From NCBI RefSeq assembly GCF_009914755.1, contig NC_060937.1: a stretch of 64,000 nucleotides of DNA; one strand, 5' to 3'. The notes below the pieces were generated by a model. It was not told where the DNA came from, did no database searches, and saw nothing but the letters and a program-made list of their open reading frames with translations. The position numbers were made by a program, and so were the translations under genes. Source of the stretch: the human T2T-CHM13v2.0 reference genome, Homo sapiens. Shown here piece after piece: positions 53,137 through 64,000 of this stretch (its first letter is position 1; the number at the start of each line of letters is the position of its first letter).

Positions 53137-53379
53137 GTGGATCAGTCAGAACCAACCACTGCCACCCAGAGAGCCTGCAGCTGGCTTGTGCCTCTTCCTC
53201 CCCGCACAGCTAAGAAAAAGGTACCATGACCTGGGTAAGTGAGTTTGGAAAGGTTGCTGACTTGTATTAGCAATCATTACAGTGATGACAATGTCCATAT
53301 TGTACCTGCCTGTTTACAACATTACCATGTTTTCATGTGTAACAAAGGGTGGGGTAGATGTAATGTGATGCATGGGACT

Positions 53380-53555
53380 TTAAAACACCTGGGGTGAAAG
53401 TGAGGATATCTGGCTGCAAATTCTGGCTCAACTGCAAGCTTGGCTACTTTGAGAAAATCACCCTGCATAGCCTTAGTCTCCTCATCTGTAAAATGGGTAC
53501 AATAATACCCATCCTGCTTATCTTGTAGGCTTGTTATGAGGCTCAAGTAAGATGC
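53380..53555. mobile_element. MIR
   Basis: Core gccttagtctcctcatctgtaaaatgggtacaataata. Confidence 0.75.
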
Positions 53556-53874
53556 TTCCTAATCTTTTCAGCTTCATAGAAAAGGATAACTTTTGCTTAG
53601 CACCCTGGGGTGAATGCAGATGTTGTTGAGGCTGGAAGTGACCACTCCTGGATACTGGCTGTACAGCCCCCTGTCCCTAGGGCCATGGGGATTACTATTT
53701 TTGCATGTCTGTACACCAGTTAGAAAACTCTGCTATATGAGAAGCCTTAAAACAAACCTCAGTGCATAGCTCTACATGCTCATTTTCAAGTCTATTCTCC
53801 TGTTATTTGTATATAACCTCCCAGTGGAGTGTGAAGAATCACATTCAGACATGTAGAATGCTGGAATCTAGACC

Positions 53875-53893
53875 TATGGCCATCTAGTGGCAC
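53875..53893 (-). promoter_or_regulatory. Candidate CTCF motif (TGCCACTAGATGGCC on -)
   Basis: Core CCACTAGATGGC matches CCASYAGRKGGC. Confidence 0.45.
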
Positions 53894-54211
53894 AACATGA
53901 ATGAGATCCCAAGTTCTTGTCCCCCCATATGTAGTCACCTGACACATTGACTGTGCTTTCAATCATGCCTTGACCTCAAGCTTTTGTTGTTTTGGAAAAC
54001 AAAACAAAACAAATCACTCGACTACTCACCAAGGTGGCAATTCAGAGAAATGGAACATTTTGTGGCCTTCAATGTACAGCCAGATGATTCAGTGCAGTAG
54101 GGAGGCTGGTAAAATTTATATCAATGAGCTGACAATTTTATGATTGTCCACCTCTATGACCACGTCCATATATATATTCAAGCCTATATCTGTCTTCTAT
54201 TCTGGCAGTAG

Positions 54212-55008
<797 letters not shown>

Positions 55009-55127
55009 AACTATGAGTATTATTAATCAAAACAAATTTCACCCATCGGTTGTAGAGAAACACAGAATTAAAAAATAATGACTCTGCTCTGGAGAATTCC
55101 TTCATAGTTAATGAAATATCATTAGAC

Positions 55128-55267
55128 CCGTGTACTCAAAGAACAGCCACAGAGGCAGCATCGGGGAGATTTTAGAAATGCAGAGCCTCCAATCTACTGT
55201 GTTAGAATCTGCGTTTTAACAGGCTCTCCAGGTGATTTGTGAGCACATTCAAGTTTGAGAAGTGCTG
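55128..55267. mobile_element. MER5-family fragment
   Basis: ttagaaatgcaga..agaatctgcgttttaaca..ccaggtgattt..aagtttgagaa. Confidence 0.7.
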
Positions 55268-55574
55268 AAATGGAGTAGCCCAAGGTTTATGTCGAAACCC
55301 TTAGGTCACTTGCACTTTGGGTAGGAATCATGCAAAAAGCAGGACTGACTCAGAAAGTCTGTTATGCCTTCTTGATGATTATTCAGCTCTAATCTGGACC
55401 GCAGAAAGCAGGTTGCGGGGTAGAAGATTGAGACCACTGGCACCTCACCAGTTAGAAGGCAGTCTCATCAGAATAAAATGTAATGGATACATCAGATGCC
55501 CTCGTGGAACAAGTATAAGATCCTGTAACTGTCCTGGCACATATGAGGGGGAGGAACAAAATGGAACACAACAC

Positions 55575-55874
55575 TTTTTTCTTTTTTTTTTAGATGATGT
55601 CTCACTCTGTCATTCAGGTTGGAGTGCAGTGGCACGATCTTGGCTTACTACCACCTCTGGTTTCCAGGGTCAAGCAATCCTACCACCTCAGCCTCCTGAG
55701 TAGCTGGGACCACAGGCTTGTGCCACTATGCCCAGCTAATTTTTTGTATTTTTTGGTAGAGATGGGGTTTTGCCATGTTGCCCAAGCTGTCCTCGAACTC
55801 CTGAGCTCAGGCAATCCACCCACCTCGGCCTCCCAAAGGGCTGAGATTACAGGCGTGAGACACTGCGCCTGGCC
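55575..55874 (-). mobile_element. Alu (AluJ-like)
   Basis: Antisense dimer with perfect TSD cacaacacttt. Confidence 0.95.
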
Positions 55875-55974
55875 CACAACACTTTCAAAAGGAGGCAATA
55901 ACATTAGAAAATCTGCAACTGATTTTTAAAAGGAATGTTAGGAGAGAACAAAGGAAATGGTGCGAGTCACTTAC

Positions 55975-56055
55975 ATTAACCCAGGGATGCTCAAGTACTT
56001 GAACAGCAGAAAATCGCTGATCTACATCGACCAACAGCATCATGGTAATGAGCTC
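55975..56055 (-). CDS. DCLK1: DCLK1 kinase exon, 81 nt: [27 protein letters not shown]
   Basis: cttcacag|GAG ... GTT AAT|gtaagt. Subdomain XI (R...HPW) ends the kinase domain. Phase 0/0. Confidence 0.97.
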
Positions 56056-57779
56056 CTGTGAAGGGGAACGTTAGAGTCCATTTATCTGAATTTAAGGTGA
56101 AAAGCTGTATGTGTGCAAATGCAAGAGTTCTCTTTTAGTTTCGAAAAGCATTTGTAAAAGCTCTAAATCTTAAATACATCAACTCCACTTACCTGTGGCT
56201 ATTTATCACCTTCAAAAGTTAAAAATGGTAAGCACTTGGAATTGTAAATACATAGCTTGTGGTTGAATAAAAATTAAATTAATATCAGAATCATTTTCAT
56301 AAAAATGTTTGTAATAGAAAAGAAATTATACAAGTTAAGGAATTAATATTCCTTTCTTTGTCTAGCATTTTGCATGTTAAAGACAGATTTATTAATTAGT
56401 TTAATATAGAAGTCACATTTAAAAAAACACTTTACTTAAAATTTCACTTTAGCAGCTGAAAGGAAAAATGAAAATTTCCCCCTAATTTCAAGACGGCATA
56501 CTTAGGTTTGAAAGAAAGGTATGAGGAAAGACATAGAATTGGGTCTTTCCCCAATTCTGGGTGGCAAGATAGAATTGATCCTTTAGTAGCTAAAGAATTC
56601 TAAAGAAACATGTTACAATTGCTTGAAAAATTTCCAGACAAATCAATACAAAGAAAAATAGAACTATTGAGAGGTAAACAATTTCATCATCCTGAAATTA
56701 ATGGAACTTCCTCATGAGCTCAAATGGACTTGGACCAGGAATGCTCTACCTGGGTCTTAACGATGAGTATGCTATACAATTGTCCACTCTGGATTAGAAG
56801 TTCCCATGTCACAAAATGGTTAGATATGCATTATCCAGTTCCTTACATACACAGGCTTTATAGTACCACTCGGGAAGGGGGTGATTTAATTTCATTGAGG
56901 GAGAGAGTTCACTCAGCCTTCTTCATTCAGTTTCTAACTTGGATCAGAACTCGTGAAAGTATCTGCTGTGTGTGATGCCCTTTGCAGGTGCTATGGAGGT
57001 GTAGGAGATGGTCCTATTTGTCAGTAACTGTGAGCCCTCAGATCCTGCAGTGATGGCATGGGGAGCTGGACAGGTTCCTGAAGAGCCCCCGGCCCTGCAG
57101 CTGTATCGTCCCATCTCCTTTAGCCTGCGCCTTTCTCTGACACTCCCTTTCTGGCAGCTTCCTGGACAGTTGAAGAAAATGAGAGACTTGCACTCAATAT
57201 GCATCATTTTCTACACAAAGTGGTCATGTCTGAGGGGTTGGCTTTTAAAGGGAACTCACATTCAGGACATGACAAAAGCAAAGGCATAAACATTGAGCAA
57301 TCAAAAGATAATTATTTCTCAAGATAATTATTGAGAACATTTTTCTCAAATTTTCAAACATTTAAGTCAGCACTCGGAGACATAAATTTTAAAAAGAGCA
57401 ATGAAAAGGTTTTCCTTTTTCTCCTCAAGGTCTACAAACATCTCAATGTAAGATTTTTATAGCCTTCTTAGAAGTTGATTTATCATAAATATTATTTAAT
57501 GTGGTAAAATATACATAAAATTTACCACTTCAACCATTTTCAAGTGCACAGTTCACTGACATTCAGTGCATTCACATTGTTGTGCAACCATCACCTTCAT
57601 CCATGTTAAGGACTGATCTTTTAGTTTCATGGGATAAAAACAATGAACCTTGTGTTTTCCTCCCCCTCTGCCTCTAAATCCTGGCTATTATTCAAGGTTC
57701 AACTTAAATCATAGCTTCCCCATAAAGTCTTTCTTGATGATTTCAACCTACGTTGAGGTTGAGTTTTCTTCCTTCTGAT

Positions 57780-58260
57780 TAATTGATGGATTCATTCATA
57801 TACTTGTTCATTTATTCAGTATACATTGAGCACCAGTATGCTGGTCATACTTTAGGCAGGGATAGTACAGCAATGGACAAAATAGATAAAAATCCCTGCC
57901 TTCGCAGAATTTGCATTCTAGTGGAGAGAGTCTGGAAATGAACTATATAAAGAAGACATGCCTACTTATTTATATCTATCTTTTTTTGGGTAGAGAGATA
58001 GGTAGTTAGATAGCACACCAGATGGACACACAGGTGTTAAGTGTTCTGGAGAAAAATAAAACAGACAAGTAGGATACAGCAAGCCAGGTAAGGTTTAAGA
58101 GATGCAATTGGAACCAGGATGGTCTGGGAAGGCTTCACTGGGAAATTAAGTCATTAAGTCAAGAGCTGAGAGAGGTGAAACCACAGGCCATATAGAAATC
58201 TGAGCTGGGCTCAAGCCTGGCGAGGGTGGGGCACAGCAAGAGGCTATAGCAATGTCACTG
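57780..58260 (-). mobile_element. L2 fragment
   Basis: ttcattcat..tttattcag..attgagcacc..aaaatccctgccttc..ttgcattctagtgg..gggaaggcttcactg. Confidence 0.7.
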
Positions 58261-58499
58261 GAATGGCACCTGAGAGAGATGAAGGCAGCAGATGGAGACA
58301 CTTGATAAGTACTTGTTGGGATGTCTGGGAACAGATGACTTGATGACTGTGAAATCTTGGAAAACCTAGCAATTACAACTAAAATGTGTACAGAAATCAT
58401 ACTTATGATGTCATTAGTTTCTTTGCACACAATGATTTGGAAAAATAATTTCGTTAAGACACACAGAATATAGGGAAGAGGAAGGCACTGGACACCTAC

Positions 58500-58596
58500 C
58501 TTTGCAGAATCGGAAACATTATCCCAGTATGGAGAAGGAAAGTCCACCTGCCCCATCAAAATCTGATCAAAAAGCACCTCCTGGTCATCACCACTT
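58500..58596 (-). CDS. DCLK1: DCLK1 kinase exon, 97 nt: (G)[32 protein letters not shown]
   Basis: ctaaacag|A AGT ... GCA AAG|gtaggt. Phase 2 in, phase 0 out. Also visible inside ORF 58146..58631. Confidence 0.97.
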
Positions 58597-58776
58597 CTGT
58601 TTAGGTGAACGACAACAAGGAAAAACAGCACTAAGATATCAACTCAGTGTACATCTTTTCAGTCTTAGGCACTGGAGCCCTTCCTTTCCCCCCATAAATG
58701 TGTAAAAATGTGTATTTTTAATCGATTGAAAAATGTCAATGTGGATCTGTTTTGGTAAATTAAGAAAGAGTTTTTG

Positions 58777-59235
<459 letters not shown>

Positions 59236-59293
59236 TCACTCAGAGAGTAGAGAAATGCTTTGTCGGCGCTGAATAAAAGATTGTTGCCCATAC

Positions 59294-59371
59294 CCACGGA
59301 ATGGAGGGAAACCACACAGCAGGATATAAGTGATTACACCTGCTGCCCAGATGTCCACCTTGAGGCCGTAT
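59294..59371 (-). CDS. DCLK1: DCLK1 kinase exon, 78 nt: (G)[25 protein letters not shown](G)
   Basis: tttttccag|A TAC ... CGT GG|gtatgg. Subdomain IX (DIWAAG). Phase 2/2. Confidence 0.97.
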
Positions 59372-59749
59372 CTGGAAAAATAAGGGATGTTAGAGTTAGG
59401 AGGGTCAGGCTCGGACAAATTATGCAGCTTGGTAAAATCAATGACTTTCCTCCTCCAAGCCAAAAATAAAACCAAACAAAATAACAATCCCAACAACAAA
59501 CGCTAAACTAAAACCCACCACCTAAACAGAGTTCAAAGAAAAAGTTTAAAAAATAATAATTTTAAAAAAGACCAAGGTGCAGGAATAAAAATCAAAGGAA
59601 TGCATTGCTGGACTTATTTGTAAATATCAGTAAATGAAGGTTTTCAGCAAAAAGGTTTATTATAGTAATAACAATTCTGAGATAAGGATGGACCCTTGAG
59701 ATAAACTCCCTCACTTTAGGAATAATAATTATTTCTAGAACGTTTTCCA

Positions 59750-59940
59750 ATTTATAGAGCACTGACATACATGATCGTACTTTGTTTTCCTAGCAACTCT
59801 GTAGGTTGGACAAGACAAGTATTGCTTATTGTACAGAAGAGAGAAAACAGGTTCAGATGGGTGAGTAATTTTGCTTAAGATCACACAGTTAGTGTCAGAG
59901 CTGGTCCCCAATATGGTCTTCAAGACCCACCACTTCCTCC
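59750..59940. mobile_element. MIR
   Basis: gagaaaacaggttcaga..gagtaattttgcttaagatcacacagttagt. Confidence 0.7.
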
Positions 59941-61110
59941 CAGCAGCAAGCAGAGCATGTCCCAGTAGAAAGTGTGTCTGTGCCCCAGGCAGCCCCACCT
60001 GAGGGAGGTCAGACAAGGCTATGGATGTGGGCTCCCACCTCATTCAAATTTGCCAAGTAGCAAAGTCCTCATTCCCTCACATCTCGCCTCAGGAATTTCC
60101 CTATTGGGATTCCCTTCTCATCTATTTGGTTTTTCTGCCCTTGTGGTCTATGGTACAAGCAAAAAACAAAACAAAACAAAACCTCGAAAAACTATCTCCA
60201 ACTGGTCACAGGGGAGAGTGCCACCTAGATTCCCAGCTGTGGACTGAAACTGCTAATGAGAAGAAAAAGTAGGGCTGCCTCCCCTCAGTGCCCCACCCTG
60301 TTATTCCTTCTGCTTAAGGATGGCACCTCAGAGCCTGCCTATGGCCCTTGGTAAGAAATAGGGCTTCTTACCAAAGGAGTCTTTGACTCAGGCTGACCTG
60401 AGTTCAAATCCTGACTCAACCACTAAAACTAATCATGAGCTTGCATGGTATCTAACCCATTAGAGTTTCAATTTATTGAAGTGCAAAATGGGAATCAAAC
60501 CATCGACTGGAAGAGTAAGAAGTAAAGGAGTTTCAGGCCTAGCATATTGTGGGGTCTTAGTAAGGAATAGGCTACCCCACCCTTCTCCCCACATTCATCT
60601 GATTCTGCACACAGAAACCAGGAAATTCCCAATGGTCCCTGATGCCTAAGGGTGTTTGTACTCCACGGAAAATCAATGGATCCCCAAGAGGTCCCAAATG
60701 GGACCTGGACTGGAGGATAAGGGCAGCAGAGAGAAATAACTGCAGGAGACTGTAATCACCGCACACGGCAGTGTCTGTTTCTTTTATCTCCAAATGAGAG
60801 TTAATTACCATCGCTGTGTGTTTCTGTTAGTCTGAACATTTTTTACTCTGGGGTTAATAACTTCTGTTCTACCTTTAACAAAGACCAAATGGAAGCCTTA
60901 AGATTGCAGTAATTGACAAAACAGATTGGGAAAACAGAGAAAATGGCTCCCACTGTAAATGTTAAAGAATAAAATACAATTTTAAAAAGAGTGGAAGAAA
61001 CCTGATAGCTAATTATGTCTGGATAGGGCACAGCAGTACTATTTTTCCTATTCTCGAAGCGGGCTAGTTCTTTTGCAAGCATAGCACTTAAACATAAGAG
61101 AAGCATTTAC

Positions 61111-61244
61111 CCAGTCTCTGCAATGATTTCTGGAGCCACGTATGTTGGGGTGCCACAGACTGTGTACAGGGGGCCGTCTACAATGGTGGCCAGTCCAAAG
61201 TCACCCAGCTTCAGTGATTTGCTGCCATCTTGGTGCTCATACAC
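61111..61244 (-). CDS. DCLK1: DCLK1 kinase exon, 134 nt: [44 protein letters not shown](G)
   Basis: ttttag|GTG ... ACT GG|gtaaat. Contains DFG, the activation loop and APE. Phase 0 in, phase 2 out. Confidence 0.97.
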
Positions 61245-61828
61245 CTAAAACAAAGGTAAAAATCACAATTGTCTGAAAACCAAGAGCTCAAAAGCCCTTT
61301 CTTGAAGAAATGAGGAACACTGTGTTTAAATTTAATGTATAGGAGGTAAAAAATAAATTAGGCAATTATGCAAGAATGGATATACATACAAAATAGCTTA
61401 CTTCCTTTAGATTACTGCAAAACTGGAATCATGGTGAACACCTAACAAATGGAAATTGATTAAATAAATTATAGTACATTCATACAACGAGAGGTTACAT
61501 GACCTTAAAATGGCGATACAGGTTTATAGTTATTGAATTATGTTTGGGAAATGAGCAGAGCAATTTTCAGATTGGTTTTTATAAAATGTCCATTAAAGAA
61601 AAAAAGTACATACAAAAAAAAAAGAAAAAGTCTGAAAGAACACAGTGCCGATGTATCTGTCTCTTGGTGGTAGGATTACAGGTTTTCTTAATCCTTTTGT
61701 TTATCTGTCTTTGATGTTGTCTATAATTAAAACTGATTTGCATAATAAAATGAAGTATAGAAAGTCCCTAGTGCAGTGTCTCCGATTTATGAAAATAATC
61801 TCTTTGTTTCAATATATTAAGAAAACTT

Positions 61829-62147
<319 letters not shown>

Positions 62148-64000
62148 TTAGTAACTAAATACAAAAAAACTATACTTATAGTAAAATACTTTATTTTCAG
62201 TGCCTCGTATTTTCAACATGATCTATTTACATTTCTTAATAATTGAAAGAGATATTAACATTTCATTTCACCTGTGGCAATTTGGAAAGATTTATCAGGT
62301 GCAGAGTCAGCATCCTGTCCAGGTTTCCCTTATTAAGGCAGTAAAAATCTTCTCTCTTTCACCCAACAAATCAAGAAAAGGATGCATGTGACTGTAGGCA
62401 AGTATTTATACTCCTTTAATTCCAGCCACGATCAAAACAAATGGAGCTGCTCTAAAAAGTATCCCAAATAACTTATTTCATTTCAAAGAAAAGATGAAAG
62501 GGCGTTCAGAATCCTAATTGAGTCCCCTCTGTTGGAATGAATAAGATTAAGAAAAGAAAACCACAGTAAAAGGCTAGTAATTCCAGCAAGGGCAATCTTC
62601 ACGAAATGCCTCAAGGAAGCAGCTAAGTTTTCCATGTACATCAAAATACTTGATCCAGCAAGCCGAGGCTTGCATATTCTCCTGTTCTCACTCTGTGATC
62701 ATCTGTTACTTGCTGCAGTAGTTTGAATCTTTTGCACAGCAAGGCACATCTCCACACATCAGGGGCACCGCTACTGTTCACACGTCACGTCTGCCTTCCT
62801 TTGGAAAAAGTAGATTAACTTTGCGTTTCACTGCAACACAAAATGCAGATGTTTGGCCAGCTAAGCTGCAATATCAGCAATGATCACCTGGATCCAACAG
62901 TTTTGGCAGAAGCAGGCAGTCAGATCCACCTATCTGAAAGACTGCATCTTTTCTGAGCAGAAAATATTCTTTTACGTTTTCTCCACACTCATAGCATGGA
63001 GTCTTATTCCCAGGAGCTGTTGATCAGGATCAAGTTTGGGCTGCCCTCTGGCAGGTATCCGAAGATTTGTGAGGTCACCTGTGATTGGGTTGTTAGGGCA
63101 AAAACAGCCATATGTCCCTCACAGATGTGGCTTTGCCCAGCTGTCATCTGGGACGGACATTTTCTTCCTAACTTAATGAAGCAGCTGTCCAGCCTTGGTC
63201 ACTTAGAGTTAAGTTAAAAACTTTGAGGCATCACAGCTGCAAAACACAACATCGGCCCCAGCCTAACTGTTCTTAGGCAAAAGAAAACCCTAAGTTGTAG
63301 TCTTACCACGTCAGCCATTCTGGTCATCCAAATGACAAGCAAATGTTTTTCATGAAAAGAAATCTGAGATGGAAACATCTAGTAGATGGTCTCGTTGATT
63401 TCCGAGGCAGAGCAGAATTGTTTACTTCCTTAATTCCATTTTGTTAACAATAACCTTTCTAAAATGCAAAATAATCTCCTGCTTTGATGTTCTGCTAGGT
63501 CCAAACATTCATTCTGTGTGCTTTGTGAGGTGATGCAGATTGTAATTTATTCAACCCACTTGATGCAGGAATTTTGTAGCTTTTTTCTTAAACACAGTAT
63601 CTACACCACCTAACTGTACTCAAAAGTTTGACAAAAGCAGATGTTGGTGGATTCAGTCATAAGTCCCATTTTAGTTCTAAATATGACCTTGTAATTCTCC
63701 TACATGTAGGAAAAGTTTTCTTTTCGAACATCTACATTTTAATAGAAATTCCATCTAACATATAGCCATAGACCAATTATATTTAATATGAATGAACAAT
63801 ATAGTTCAAAGTTTCAATAACTAAGAAAAAATCACTAAAAATCTTCCTTAAAATAAAGAAAATGAGTACTAATACAAAATGATTATTAAAAGTAATAATA
63901 AGTCTACGAAAATGAAAACCATTGAAATACATAGAACCATAATTGTGATGTTCTTTTTATTCCCTGTACAATGGTCTTTTAATCACTTGCACAGTGCCCC

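Noticed and set aside
58146-58631. 161-aa ORF as a standalone gene
   Set aside because: Only 58500-58596 is a DCLK1 exon. The rest is intron and L2 read-through.

Overview
Primate, almost certainly human, genomic DNA containing the 3' end of DCLK1 (doublecortin-like kinase 1) on the minus strand. Seven coding exons can be read with exact GT/AG boundaries and consistent phases. They run from kinase subdomain VII (DFG) through the C-terminal tail, and include the 74-nt cassette exon that switches the reading frame of the last exon and gives two C-termini. A ~5.9-kb 3' UTR (about 18925-24811) has at least two well-formed poly(A) sites. Positions 1-18900 are downstream intergenic DNA: nested L1s, five solo LTRs, a piggyBac-type MER75, L2 relics, a 2.5-kb CA/TA-rich compound repeat and a pyrimidine tract. 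Introns hold many Alus, MIRs, MER5/MER58 and a retrocopied 3'-UTR fragment resembling HNRNPA3. Nearly all ORF-track entries are spurious. The most unusual unexplained signal is a set of four mutually complementary TTAACCCTYTGAG boxes in the 3' UTR, one pair forming a 20-bp duplex across 2.2 kb. Other leads are an inverted-Alu-bracketed 390-nt in-frame exon block (candidate stop-less circRNA) and near-perfect RFX X-boxes around the cassette exon. No databases were searched; family names and gene identity come from recalled sequence.
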